NCBI GenBank assembly: GCA_964541945.1
Contig: CAZISE010000016.1
Coordinates: 20,484 to 84,483, forward strand
Reading direction: 5' to 3'
Length of the DNA stretch: 64,000 bases
From: an uncultured Verrucomicrobiota bacterium
GTDB lineage: Bacteria > Verrucomicrobiota > Verrucomicrobiia > Palsa-1439
The first letter of the stretch is position 1. The number at the start of each line of letters is the position of its first letter. Position numbers and translations under genes: made by a program. The notes beneath the pieces are model-generated. The model saw nothing but the letters and a program-made list of their open reading frames with translations. It was not told the origin of the DNA and did not search any database. Positions 1 to 9,449 of the stretch are shown piece by piece.

Positions 1-11
1 ACAAAACGCTG

Positions 12-902
12 GTGATGCGCGGCCCGTACCGCAACGCCGCCGTTCCCGGTTTCGCCGAGGCGGTTCTGCGACGGCTCGGCCACTCGCCGGCATTGAAAGA
101 GTTTGTGGACGGCAGCGAGGCACTGTTTGTTTTCTGTGCGCCCGTTGAAAAACCCGGCGACGCGACTGCCCAGCGCGGTCCCGCCCCAGACCCGCACGGC
201 CCCGATCGTGTCCGACTGATTCTGATGCGGTGTCGGCTGGCCGATGGCGCGACGCTGGCCGACGCGTTGGCAGACAAATCCAAACGTCAAATCCTTCGCG
301 GCTGTATCGCGACGGTCAACCTTGCGCGGCCGGAGAACACCGACTTTGTCGAGGGCAACCTCACGCTGCCCGGCCCCGGTTTTCCCGGCGAACAACGCTG
401 GGATGACCTGATGCAACAATTCGCCGGCCGGGAACGTCCCGCTGTCGTCGCGGACGGCGCAGCTCCGACCGCGACACTGGTGCTTGTGCAGGCGCCGATT
501 CTGCGGACGCGCCTCGATCCGGCGTTCGCCGCGCAACTGCGCGACCGGCTTGCGGCATCGCCCGTCTTTGCCGACCGTCTCCGAAAGGTCGGCGCCGGCG
601 GTAATATCGTGGCGGTGGCGTTTCCGCGTCCGGGACCGAACTGGTACCGCCAACACCATCGCCAGCCGCAGGTCAGCGTCTTCGTCATCCTCGCCCGACT
701 TCGCGACGGCGCGGCGTTGGACGAGCTTTTCACGATCAACAAACGCGATCTGGTCGGCGCATTCATCGTCGAGACGGATTTTCAACGCGAGGAGTTTGTC
801 GGCGAAATCACCGTCGTCGGCCCGAAACGTGACCTCGAAGAACGCTGGCGGTTCTTCCTGAGCGGCGTCGGCGGTGGTAACCTGCATCCGCACTGGTTAT
901 GA
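12..902 (+). CDS. hypothetical protein with two internally similar halves; possibly 5'-partial
   Basis: Long ORF with no stop between position 3 and the first start (GTG 12 / ATG 15), so it may begin outside the window. The two halves align by eye (RVRLILMRCRLADGATLADAL...GEQRWDDLMQQF vs QVSVFVILARLRDGAALDELF...LEERWRFFLSGV). Its stop overlaps the next start (ATGA at 899-902). No recognisable family. Confidence 0.45.
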   Translation: MMRGPYRNAAVPGFAEAVLRRLGHSPALKEFVDGSEALFVFCAPVEKPGDATAQRGPAPDPHGPDRVRLILMRCRLADGATLADALADKSKRQILRGCIATVNLARPENTDFVEGNLTLPGPGFPGEQRWDDLMQQFAGRERPAVVADGAAPTATLVLVQAPILRTRLDPAFAAQLRDRLAASPVFADRLRKVGAGGNIVAVAFPRPGPNWYRQHHRQPQVSVFVILARLRDGAALDELFTINKRDLVGAFIVETDFQREEFVGEITVVGPKRDLEERWRFFLSGVGGGNLHPHWL

Positions 903-2023
903 AATGGATTATCCTTTTACTTTTGTTGATGGCGCAGATTCACGCGCTGGCGTTCGAGCATCCGGGACTGTTACACACCCGGGCGGACCTGGCGCGGATG
1001 CGGGCCGGCATCGCCGCCGGGCAGGAGCCGTGGAAAAGCGGTTTTGAACGACTCCGGGTGGATGGACAATCGCGGGCCGACTGGCGGTTGCGCGGGCCGT
1101 TTCCGAGCGTTGCCCGCGATCCTGGACACAGCGTGCGCGTTGTGGAATTTGACCAGGACGGCAATGCGGCCTATCAGAACGCGTTGATGTGGTGCCTGAC
1201 CGGCAACGAGGCGCACGCGCTCAAGACCATCGAAATCCTGAATGCATGGTCGGGCACGCTGAAGGAGATCACCGGACGCGACAAAGAACTGTGCGCCTCG
1301 CTCGGACCGTTCAAGTACATCAACGCCGCCGAACTGATCCGCCACACCCATCCGGGCTGGCAACCCGCCGATGTTCGGCGTTTCGAGCAGATGTTGCGCA
1401 CTGTCGTGTACCCGGTGATCAAGGATTTTGCGCCGTTCGCCAACGGCAATTGGGATGCCGGTTGTATCAAGACCATGCTGGCCATCGGCATTTTCTGCGA
1501 GGACCGCGCGATCTACAACCGCGCCCTCCAGTACTACCTCAAAGGCCCCGGCAACGGGTGTCTGACCAACTACATCATCAACGAAACCGGCCAGTGCCAG
1601 GAAAGCGGACGCGACCAGCAACATACCCAACTCGGCCTGGGACATCTGGCAGAAACCTGCGAGATGGTCTGGAATCAGGGTTGGGACCTGTACGGCGCGG
1701 CGGACAATCGTCTTTTGCGCGGGTTCGAGTACACCGCCCAATACAACCTCGGCCATGACGTGCCGTTTGCGCCGTACACCGACATCACCGGCAAATACAA
1801 GGCGCGCACGATTTCCGATGAGGGCCGCGGCCGGTTGCGGCCCATCTACGAAATGGTCTGGAATCACTACCAGAACCGACGGGGCATCCCCGCGCCGTTC
1901 ACAAAACAGGCCGCCGACAAGATTCGGCCCGAAGGCCCGGCGCACGGCGCCGATCATCCCGGTTTTGGAACGTTACTCTTTTCGCGCCCGCCTCAACGTA
2001 ACGTGGCCGTGACTGGAAAATGA
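899..2023 (+). CDS. secreted alginate-lyase-family (polysaccharide lyase-like) protein
   Basis: N-terminal signal peptide (MKWIILLLLLMAQIHALA). Blocks typical of the Alginate_lyase domain family (HPGLLHT..DLARMR, NAAYQNALMW.LTG....A..A..ILNAW, GNWDA). Assigned from memory of the family. Confidence 0.65.
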   Translation: MKWIILLLLLMAQIHALAFEHPGLLHTRADLARMRAGIAAGQEPWKSGFERLRVDGQSRADWRLRGPFPSVARDPGHSVRVVEFDQDGNAAYQNALMWCLTGNEAHALKTIEILNAWSGTLKEITGRDKELCASLGPFKYINAAELIRHTHPGWQPADVRRFEQMLRTVVYPVIKDFAPFANGNWDAGCIKTMLAIGIFCEDRAIYNRALQYYLKGPGNGCLTNYIINETGQCQESGRDQQHTQLGLGHLAETCEMVWNQGWDLYGAADNRLLRGFEYTAQYNLGHDVPFAPYTDITGKYKARTISDEGRGRLRPIYEMVWNHYQNRRGIPAPFTKQAADKIRPEGPAHGADHPGFGTLLFSRPPQRNVAVTGK

Positions 2024-2865
2024 TCCGACGGATACCGTCCGTCCTGCTGAAAACGATCAATGGTCGCCTCCACCGGCACAAACGGCGGTGAACACAAAAT
2101 CCAGTCTATTCGACTCCCCTCTCGTTTCCCGTGGAAACCGTGGAAACTGGCTTCGTCGGGCTGGCGTTCGGGATGAAGGTGGCGATAGGTGTCGGTCAAT
2201 TTTGGCCTGTCATTTTCTCCCCCCAAAAGGATGCGGTATTGGGGCGAGTCTTCCGTGCTGTTGAAATCGCCCGTGATGATGACCGGCAGATTCGGCGTCT
2301 GCTCGGCAAGCCACCGGCGCATTTGTCTGGGCGATTCCAAACGCGCCTGTTGGCCCTTGTGGTCCCAGTGCGTGTTCAGCCAGAGAAACACGCGATCGGT
2401 CTTGCGGTCGCGGAGCTTGACCCATGTGACCATGCGGGGACACATGGCATCCCAACCTTTTTCCCCTGGTCGGTCGGGATGTTCGCTCAGCCAGTAATGC
2501 CCCGACGCCAACGTCTCGAATCGGTCGGTCTTGAAAAAAATGGTCATCTGCTCGCCGTTCTTCTGGCCGTCATCGCGCCCGACCCCCATGCGGGTGTAGG
2601 CGGGTAACCGGGCGCTGATGAATTCCGCCTGAAATGCCAGCGTCTCCTGCGTGCCCAACAGATCGGGATCAAACCGACGGATCGCCTCGATGAGAAGATC
2701 TTTGCGTTTCTCCCAACTGTTTTCGCCGTCCGCCGCGGTGCCGTACCGGACGTTGAAACTCATCACCCGCAACGGCGTCACCTCGGCGCCGCGCACGGGC
2801 ACGGCAACAAGCCACGCCGCCAGCGCGTATCCGGCCCATCGTGTCAGTGCGAACAGTTTGTTCAT
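1993..2865 (-). CDS. endonuclease/exonuclease/phosphatase (EEP) family protein, secreted
   Basis: Signal peptide, then LRVMSFNVRYG...GTQE...NTHWDH...TGDFN...SDHFPV, the canonical EEP catalytic motif series. Its 3' end overlaps the convergent 899..2023 gene by 31 nt. Confidence 0.8.
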   Translation of the reverse strand: MNKLFALTRWAGYALAAWLVAVPVRGAEVTPLRVMSFNVRYGTAADGENSWEKRKDLLIEAIRRFDPDLLGTQETLAFQAEFISARLPAYTRMGVGRDDGQKNGEQMTIFFKTDRFETLASGHYWLSEHPDRPGEKGWDAMCPRMVTWVKLRDRKTDRVFLWLNTHWDHKGQQARLESPRQMRRWLAEQTPNLPVIITGDFNSTEDSPQYRILLGGENDRPKLTDTYRHLHPERQPDEASFHGFHGKREGSRIDWILCSPPFVPVEATIDRFQQDGRYPSDHFPVTATLR

Positions 2866-2889
2866 ACGCCTTCGAGCCTCCGAACGGTT

Positions 2890-3765
2890 TTAGGGTAACC
2901 GGTCCATCCAGTGTTTGTCCACGAGGACATCGAGATCGAGGAACACCTTGCGGTTCATGGCGACCTCCAGTTCCTTGCGGGCGAAACTGCCGATGTCCTT
3001 GATCTTGCGGCCGCCCTCGCCGATGAGCATCCGCTGGTGTCGGTCGTCGGTGGTAAGGATGGCGGCCTTGATGTAGAGCAACGGCTCGCCGGATTTGGTC
3101 ACGCGGTCCTCGACTTTCTCCAACTGGACGGTGGCGGTATAGGGGACCTCCTGACTGGTTTTGAGGTAGAGTTTTTCGCGGATCAGTTCGGCAATCCAAA
3201 ATTCGTTGGTGACGTTGGTGACCTGTCCTTCGGGATAGTGCGGCGGCCCGACGGGGAGATGACGCAGAATGGCCCGGATGACAAGTTCCACGTTCGTTCC
3301 CTGCAACGCCGAGACTTCCATGACACTGGCGTAATCGGAGCCACGTTGAAGCCATGCCTCGCGGAAGGGACGGGAGGGCAGATCGAGTTTGTTCAGGACA
3401 AGAATCTTCGGCTGGGTCGCATGGGAGACCAATTCGAGAACCCGCTGGTCTTCGGGGCCAATGGGCCGCGACGGATCCGCCACGTGCACGAGAACATCCA
3501 CGCCTTCCAGGGCATCACGAACCTTGTGATGAAGACTGGCCACGAGTTTGCTGGGCTGGGTCTTGAAAATGCCGGGCGTGTCCACAAAAACAATCTGGCC
3601 TTCGGGACGGGTCACAATGCCGTGATAGGTGTCGCGGGTGGTCTGCGGTTTGGGAGTGACAATGGCAATCTTGGTGCCGACCAGAGCGTTCAACAGGGTG
3701 GACTTACCGACATTGGTGCGCCCCACCAGTACGGCAAAGCCAGACTTGAAATTGGGATTGTCCAT
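2890..3765 (-). CDS. era: GTPase Era
   Basis: G1 GRTNVGKSTLLNALVG, G3 DTPG, G4 NKLD, and a C-terminal KH-like region (IREKLYLKTSQEVPY...). Start reset to ATG 3765 (MDNPNFKSGF); the longer track ORF would run over the divergent gene. Confidence 0.9.
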   Translation of the reverse strand: MDNPNFKSGFAVLVGRTNVGKSTLLNALVGTKIAIVTPKPQTTRDTYHGIVTRPEGQIVFVDTPGIFKTQPSKLVASLHHKVRDALEGVDVLVHVADPSRPIGPEDQRVLELVSHATQPKILVLNKLDLPSRPFREAWLQRGSDYASVMEVSALQGTNVELVIRAILRHLPVGPPHYPEGQVTNVTNEFWIAELIREKLYLKTSQEVPYTATVQLEKVEDRVTKSGEPLLYIKAAILTTDDRHQRMLIGEGGRKIKDIGSFARKELEVAMNRKVFLDLDVLVDKHWMDRLP

Positions 3766-3811
3766 CGCGCCAGAGTCTAATGCGAAGGTTGCATTGGAGA
3801 CAAGATGCTTT

Positions 3812-4720
3812 ATGTTCGCGGACATGAACGACGTGTTGCCAGCCCACCGCCAACATCCGCGCGCGTTCGAGGACTTCAAGTTCGTTTACCCGGTCCTCTC
3901 GCGGCGCAGCGGCGGCATCTCCATCGGATTGAATCTCAACCCCGATCGAAAATGCAACTTCAACTGCATCTATTGCCAGGTGGACCGAACCGCCGCGCCG
4001 GCGATTCGGCGATTTGACCTGACAACCGCCGAAACGGAGCTGCGAACAATGCTGGACATGATGACATCGGGCGCGCTGGCCCGTCACCCGCAGTTTCGCG
4101 ATGTGCCGCCCGAATTGATGCGGTTGAAGGACGTGGCGCTCAGTGGCGACGGGGAACCGACGTTGCTGGCGAATTTTGCCGAGGCGGTCGAAATGGTGGC
4201 GCGAGTCAAACCGCCGGGAGTCAAATTGCTTTTGATCACCGACGCGGCGGGACTGGGGCGGGCGGAAGTCAAACGCGGGCTGACAATCATGGACAAACAC
4301 GAGGGCGAGATTTGGGCCAAACTGGACGCGGGCACGGAACAGTATTTCAAGCTGATTGACCGCGCCAACATCCCCTTTGCCCGCATCCTGCAGAACCTGA
4401 CCGACTGCGCCAAAGCGCGCCCCATCGTCATCCAAAGCATGTTCATGAAGTTATACGGACACGGACCGTCGCCGGAAGAAATTGTCGCCTACTGCGATCG
4501 TCTCCGAGACATTCGGGCTGCCGGCGGACAGATCAAACTGGTACAGATCGGCACCGTGGCGCGAACGCCTCTGGCGATCATCAACGGACGACCCGCCTGG
4601 CACGCCGTAACCGCCCTGTCAGACGCGGAACTCGACGCCATCCGGGATTGCGTGCGGCACCGGACAGAGCTGACGACCGAAAGCTACTACGGCACCCCCA
4701 CCCCGGAAAATCATCGTTGA
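3812..4720 (+). CDS. radical SAM protein, function unknown
   Basis: CNFNCIYC (CxxxCxxC) cluster motif followed by LSGDGEPT. Start reset to ATG 3812 (MFADMNDV). Confidence 0.7.
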   Translation: MFADMNDVLPAHRQHPRAFEDFKFVYPVLSRRSGGISIGLNLNPDRKCNFNCIYCQVDRTAAPAIRRFDLTTAETELRTMLDMMTSGALARHPQFRDVPPELMRLKDVALSGDGEPTLLANFAEAVEMVARVKPPGVKLLLITDAAGLGRAEVKRGLTIMDKHEGEIWAKLDAGTEQYFKLIDRANIPFARILQNLTDCAKARPIVIQSMFMKLYGHGPSPEEIVAYCDRLRDIRAAGGQIKLVQIGTVARTPLAIINGRPAWHAVTALSDAELDAIRDCVRHRTELTTESYYGTPTPENHR

Positions 4721-4782
4721 CGCCGGCGATGTCTTCCGCTACTTTTGCGCCCCCTCAGAGAAAAGAAAAACGAAGGAACTTT

Positions 4783-5100
4783 ATGTACGCAGTCATCAGA
4801 ACAGGCGCCAAACAGTATCGGGTCCAGCCCGGCGACAAAATTGAAGTCGAGCTGCTTCCCGGCGAAAACGGCAAGGAAATCAGCCTTGACGACGTGTTAC
4901 TCGTCGCCGACGGCGACAATGTGACCGTTGGCAAACCGACCGTCCCCGGCGCGCGTGTGACTGCCGAAGTCATCGAGGCCGACAAGGTGGGCAAAAAAGT
5001 CATCGCCTTCAAATTCCGCCGCCGCGAAGGTTACCATCGCAAACGCGGTGTCCGCCCCCACCACACCGTTTTGAAAATCAAAGAAATTGTTGTATCGTAG
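4783..5100 (+). CDS. rplU: 50S ribosomal protein L21
   Basis: [16 protein letters not shown]...VE is the canonical L21 N-terminus. GAAGGA RBS sits upstream of ATG 4783. Confidence 0.95.
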   Translation: MYAVIRTGAKQYRVQPGDKIEVELLPGENGKEISLDDVLLVADGDNVTVGKPTVPGARVTAEVIEADKVGKKVIAFKFRRREGYHRKRGVRPHHTVLKIKEIVVS

Positions 5101-5124
5101 CATCCGTAAGAAGGAGTTCCCACC

Positions 5125-5382
5125 ATGGCACATAAAAAAGGACAAGGCAGTTCTCGCAACGGTCGCGATTCCATCAGTAAACGTCTTGGCGTAAAGGCGT
5201 TCGGTGGCGAGTTCGTCTCCGCCGGCAGCATTATCGTTCGCCAGCGCGGCGCCCGCTGGATCGCCGGCGCCAACGTCGGCACAGGCCGCGACTGGACCCT
5301 GTTCGCGCTCAGCGACGGTAAGGTCCGTTTCGACAAAAACGGTCGCCGCGTCAACGTGGACCTCGTTCCCGCAACCACCTAA
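5125..5382 (+). CDS. rpmA: 50S ribosomal protein L27
   Basis: [35 protein letters not shown] is the canonical L27 sequence. Confidence 0.95.
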   Translation: MAHKKGQGSSRNGRDSISKRLGVKAFGGEFVSAGSIIVRQRGARWIAGANVGTGRDWTLFALSDGKVRFDKNGRRVNVDLVPATT

Positions 5383-5404
5383 TCCACACAATTCCACATC
5401 TGTC

Positions 5405-5449
5405 TCGGCGCGCGCTTGGACATTTCCGACGCGCGCCGAAACGTTTTTT
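5405..5449 (+). terminator. Rho-independent terminator after rplU-rpmA
   Basis: Perfect 10-bp stem TCGGCGCGCG (5405-5414) / CGCGCGCCGA (5430-5439), 15-nt loop, then AACG and a T6 run (5444-5449). Confidence 0.75.
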
Positions 5450-5576
5450 GGAGAACCGGCGGACACCGCCATTCCTTTATAGAGCCAGAAAAAACGTCCG
5501 CAAACCATTGTCCGGTTCAGAATTACCCGGTATTCCGCGCTTGATTTCAACGCCGAACTTGCCAAATACTGTTCCC

Positions 5577-6512
5577 ATGAAAACACTGCTGACCTTCCTT
5601 ATCGTCGTCTCACTCGCACTCCCCACCTTGGCGGTGGAAAAAGTCACCCTCAAATTCGTCAGTGCCGACAGCGAGGAAACTGCCGGCGAAGACGGACGCG
5701 GCGCCAACGCCGTGGATGGCAATCCTGAAACCATCTGGCACACCCAGTGGCAGGACGCCAACCCGGCGCATCCACACGAGATCGTTCTCAAACTCGATCC
5801 TCCCTGCAAAATCATCGGCCTCACCTACCTCCCGCGACAGGGCGAGATCGAAAACGGCGACATCAAAGAATACGAAATCTACGTCAGCACCGACGGCAAA
5901 GACTTCGGCAAACCGATCAAAAAAGGGGAATTTCGCCGTGGCAAGGACAAGAAAGCCGTCTTCTTCCCGGCCACCCAGTGCGCGTACATCAAGCTGAAAG
6001 CCCTTTCGGAAATCAATGACCAGAACTGGACCTCTGCCGCCGAGATCGGCGTCGTACAGGAAGGCGAGAAAATCGCCATCATGCCAACGTTGACCGTGGA
6101 AAAGGTTGACAGCGAAGAAACCACCGGCGAAGACGGTAAGGGTGCCAACGCCGTGGACGGTAAACCGGAGACCTTCTGGCACACCCAGTGGCAGGACGCC
6201 AGTCCCGCCTGTCCGCACGAGATTATCATCAAACTCGAACCCGCCACCAAAATCAAAGGATTCACCTACCTGCCCCGCCAGGACGAGACCGCCAATGGCA
6301 CCATCAAAGATTACGAGTTCTACGTCAGCACCGACGGCAAAGACTTCGGCAAACCGGTGGCCAAGGGCACCTTCGAGAATAACAAGGAGAAGAAGACCGT
6401 TCTGTTCGACGCCGTCAACGCCGGCTACATCAAGTTGAGAGCGCTCAGCGAGGTCAACGGCGAAGCTTGGACCTCCGCCGCCGAAATCAGCGTTGTCCCC
6501 GCCGAGCAATAA
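5577..6512 (+). CDS. secreted protein with two tandem discoidin (F5/8 type C)-like carbohydrate-binding domains
   Basis: Signal peptide MKTLLTFLIVVSLALPTLA. Two ~150-aa copies of ...GANAVDG.PET.WHTQWQDA.P..PHEI...L.....I.G.TYLPRQ....NG.IK.YE.YVSTDGKDFGKP... Confidence 0.75.
   Translation: MKTLLTFLIVVSLALPTLAVEKVTLKFVSADSEETAGEDGRGANAVDGNPETIWHTQWQDANPAHPHEIVLKLDPPCKIIGLTYLPRQGEIENGDIKEYEIYVSTDGKDFGKPIKKGEFRRGKDKKAVFFPATQCAYIKLKALSEINDQNWTSAAEIGVVQEGEKIAIMPTLTVEKVDSEETTGEDGKGANAVDGKPETFWHTQWQDASPACPHEIIIKLEPATKIKGFTYLPRQDETANGTIKDYEFYVSTDGKDFGKPVAKGTFENNKEKKTVLFDAVNAGYIKLRALSEVNGEAWTSAAEISVVPAEQ
5634..6509. repeat. intragenic tandem duplication, two ~440-460 nt units
   Basis: Unit 1 starts at GTGGAAAAAGTC (5634) and unit 2 at GTGGAAAAGGTT (6096). 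There are identical runs of 38 nt (5878-5915 = 6319-6356) and 27 nt (TCTGGCACACCCAGTGGCAGGACGCCA in both units). Confidence 0.85.
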
Positions 6513-6614
6513 CATCGCGCGGCCGTCTCACCACGACGGTGGTTGCCGCGACAGGGATACGACGGCTGGTTTTGACGACGACACGCGACAGCAACGGGAA
6601 TGGAGTGCCCCGGT

Positions 6615-8042
6615 TTACAGGGACCATCCTTCGCGGTACGGTTGGCGGACAAAAGCGTTAGCTTCCTTGTCGTTGGTAACCTCCATGTGCTCGCCGTCCC
6701 AGAGCAATCGGCGATTGGGGAATCGGACGGCGAGGTTGCCCATCAACACCATCTCCGAGAGCGGCCCGGCATAATCGAAGTTCGAGCAGGCCGGTTCACG
6801 GTCTTTGCGCCCGGAAAAATCGTTGCGGAATCCTGGTATGGCACCGGCCTTGCAGGCGCGGAGCCAATCTTTCTCGTGGCCGCTCTCGCCGCCGGGGATG
6901 CGGGGCAGATAGGGCGCGGGGCGTCGAAATTCCTTCATTTTCTTTTCGGGAATCAGGCGTGGGGCTTTGCCGTAACAGCCGCACATCAGTTTGCCCTTGG
7001 TGCCGATGAACAACACGCCGCCATCGTCGTCGCCCATGCGGCGGCCTTCTTCCAGTTCTTCGGGTCGCGGCGGCATCAGGCCGCCATCCCACCATGTCAA
7101 GGTGACCGCTGGCATCCGGTCGCGTTCGGGGAATTTGTAGCGGATGATGGTGGATCGCGGGAACGTCTCGTTTTTCGGCTCGGTTTTTTTCCAGAAACCC
7201 TCCCAGTAGGTGGAGATGTTACCCTCGACGCTGACGGGGTATTTTAGTTTTAACGAGCAAAACACGCAATCGAGCAGGTGGCAACCGAGGTCGCCGAGGG
7301 CGCCGGTGCCGAAATCCCACCAGGCCCGCCATTTCTGCGGGTGGTAGGCGGGATGATACGGGCGCCACGGCGCGGGGCCAATCCACAAATCCCAGTCCAA
7401 TGTCGCCGGCACCGGTGGCGTGTCTTTGGGGCGCTCGACCTCGATACCCTGGGGCCAGACGGGACGATTGGTCCAAGCGTGGACTTCATGCACGTCGCCG
7501 AGAACGCCGCTCCAGAGCCACTCGCAAATCAGGCGCACCCCGTCGCCGGAGCGCCCCTGGTTACCCATTTGCGTGACGACCTTGTAGCGGCGGGCTGCCT
7601 CGGTCAGGGCGCGCGCTTCCCAGACCGAGTGAGCGATGGGTTTCTGGACATAGACGTGTTTGCCTGCTCTCATGCAGGCCATGGCAATAACAGCGTGGGT
7701 GTGGTCGGGAGTGGCGATCACCACCGCGTCAATGTCCTTCTGTCGGTCGAGCATTTGGCGGAAGTCGGTGTAAACCTTTGCTTTCGGGTATTCCTGAAAG
7801 GTTTTGGCGGCGTAGTCGTGGTCCACGTCGCAGAGCGCGACAATGTTGTGGCCGGCTTCGGCGCATCGTTTCAGGTTGTTTTTCCCCATCCCGCCGATGC
7901 CGATGCCGGCGATGTTGAGCCGCTCGCTGGCCGGGGGTTGGCCGTTGGCGCCGAGCACGTGGCCCGGCAGAATCTGTGCCGCGGCCACTGCGGCGAGACC
8001 GGTTTTCAGAAAAGCGCGACGACTGGTAACGAACTTGTTCAT
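6615..8042 (-). CDS. Gfo/Idh/MocA family oxidoreductase with twin-arginine signal
   Basis: Start reset to ATG 8042 (MNKFVTSRRAFLKTGLAAVAAA, a TAT motif). Rossmann motif IAGIGIGGMG. Paralogous over its whole length to the next gene. Confidence 0.8.
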   Translation of the reverse strand: MNKFVTSRRAFLKTGLAAVAAAQILPGHVLGANGQPPASERLNIAGIGIGGMGKNNLKRCAEAGHNIVALCDVDHDYAAKTFQEYPKAKVYTDFRQMLDRQKDIDAVVIATPDHTHAVIAMACMRAGKHVYVQKPIAHSVWEARALTEAARRYKVVTQMGNQGRSGDGVRLICEWLWSGVLGDVHEVHAWTNRPVWPQGIEVERPKDTPPVPATLDWDLWIGPAPWRPYHPAYHPQKWRAWWDFGTGALGDLGCHLLDCVFCSLKLKYPVSVEGNISTYWEGFWKKTEPKNETFPRSTIIRYKFPERDRMPAVTLTWWDGGLMPPRPEELEEGRRMGDDDGGVLFIGTKGKLMCGCYGKAPRLIPEKKMKEFRRPAPYLPRIPGGESGHEKDWLRACKAGAIPGFRNDFSGRKDREPACSNFDYAGPLSEMVLMGNLAVRFPNRRLLWDGEHMEVTNDKEANAFVRQPYREGWSL

Positions 8043-8061
8043 GGCAATCTCCTCGAATGGG

Positions 8062-9435
8062 TTACAGGGTCCATCCTTCACGATAGGGTTGTTGGACGAA
8101 CCGGTTGGCGGATTCGACGTTGGTGACGCGCATTCGGACGGCATCCCATTCGATGCGCCGGCCGACGCGAATGGCGATGTTGCCGAGCAGCACGGCTCCG
8201 GTCAGCCGCTCGGCCCAATCAAAATGGCAACCGGCCTTTTCGCCGCCCCGGATGGCTTCCATCCATTCCACGTACACGCCGCCCCGGCGGCGAAGGGTTT
8301 TGGGGACACTCTCGAACTTTTTCGCGCGATCGGCCGACAGAATCGTCGGGCCGAGCATTTTGCCCTCGTCGCCGAGATAGAGCACTCCCTGATCCGGCAA
8401 CGGTTTTCCCAGTTCTGGCGGCGCAGGCGGTTTCAATCCGCCGTCGTACCAGACCAGGCGTGTGGGCGGCATTCCGTCGCGGGCGGGGAAATCGTAGGTG
8501 ACGATGGAAGCCAGCGGCGCGGTTTCCTCAAACACGCGGGTGGCCGTGGCTTCGACGGCGGTGGGGTGTTCCAGGTTCAAAGCGCGGAAGGGGGTGTTGA
8601 AATGGTGGCACCCCATGTCGCCGAGGGCGCCGGTGCCGAAATCCCACCAGCCGCGGAAGTTCCACGGGTGATAGATGCCTTTGGAGTGCGGTTTTTTGCC
8701 GCGATTGGCGGCAATCTGTTGTAACGGCAGATCGCCTTCTGTCCATTCGTTTTTGAACGGGCGCATTGGTGCCGGTCCAATCCACAAATCCCAGTCCAAC
8801 GTCGCCGGTACCGGGTCCTGTCCTGCCGGCCGCGTCATGCCCTGCGGCCACAACGGGCGGTCGGTCCAGATATGTACCTCGCGCACCGGACCGATGGCGC
8901 CGGCGGCGATCAACTCGCAGGTCCGGCAAGCGGCGTCGCTGGTGTTGGGCGAGGCCGTCACCTGTGTGGCAACGCCGGCGGCCCGCGCGGTCGTCACCAC
9001 GGCGCGACATTCGGCGAGGGTGCGTGTCAGCGGTTTGACGCAGCAGACATGTTTTTTTCGTCGCAGGGCCGCGAGCGTGATGACAGCGTGGGTGTGGTCG
9101 GGCGTGCCGCAGTACACGGCGTCAATTCGCTCGCTCTCGGCTTGGAGCATTTCACGGTAATCACGGTAACGGCGCGCCTGTGGCCAACGGTCGTAGGCTT
9201 TTTTTGCGTACAGGTCATCCACATCGCAGAGCGCGGCAATGCGGAATCCGGCTTCGACGCAGGATTTGAGTTGCCCGAACCCGACGCCGCCGACACCGAT
9301 GCCTGCGAGGTTGACGGTTTCGCTGGGGGGCGTTTGGCCGTTCAATCCCAGCACGAATCCCGGTACGATCTGCGCCGTGGCCATGGCGGCGAGACTGGTC
9401 TTCAAGAATCGGCGGCGACTGGTCATCCGGCTCAT
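8062..9435 (-). CDS. Gfo/Idh/MocA family oxidoreductase with twin-arginine signal (paralog)
   Basis: Start reset to ATG 9435, preceded by AAGGAA (MSRMTSRRRFLKTSLAAMATA). LAGIGVGGVG Rossmann motif. Shares blocks (WDLWIGPAP, WWDFGTGALGD.GCH) with 6615..8042. Confidence 0.8.
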   Translation of the reverse strand: MSRMTSRRRFLKTSLAAMATAQIVPGFVLGLNGQTPPSETVNLAGIGVGGVGFGQLKSCVEAGFRIAALCDVDDLYAKKAYDRWPQARRYRDYREMLQAESERIDAVYCGTPDHTHAVITLAALRRKKHVCCVKPLTRTLAECRAVVTTARAAGVATQVTASPNTSDAACRTCELIAAGAIGPVREVHIWTDRPLWPQGMTRPAGQDPVPATLDWDLWIGPAPMRPFKNEWTEGDLPLQQIAANRGKKPHSKGIYHPWNFRGWWDFGTGALGDMGCHHFNTPFRALNLEHPTAVEATATRVFEETAPLASIVTYDFPARDGMPPTRLVWYDGGLKPPAPPELGKPLPDQGVLYLGDEGKMLGPTILSADRAKKFESVPKTLRRRGGVYVEWMEAIRGGEKAGCHFDWAERLTGAVLLGNIAIRVGRRIEWDAVRMRVTNVESANRFVQQPYREGWTL

Positions 9436-9449
9436 GCGATTTCCTTTCG

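Noticed and set aside
971-1957. Long antisense or alternative-frame ORFs throughout the track (e.g. 971-1957 -, 13244-14206 -, 15739-16890 -, 36877-38640 +, 42455-43909 +, 44686-45873 +, 52783-53118 +).
   Set aside because: They lie opposite or out of frame to genes with clear family motifs. Their translations are Arg/Ala/Gly/Pro-rich and low in complexity with no motifs. This is the usual stop-codon-poor artefact of high-GC DNA.
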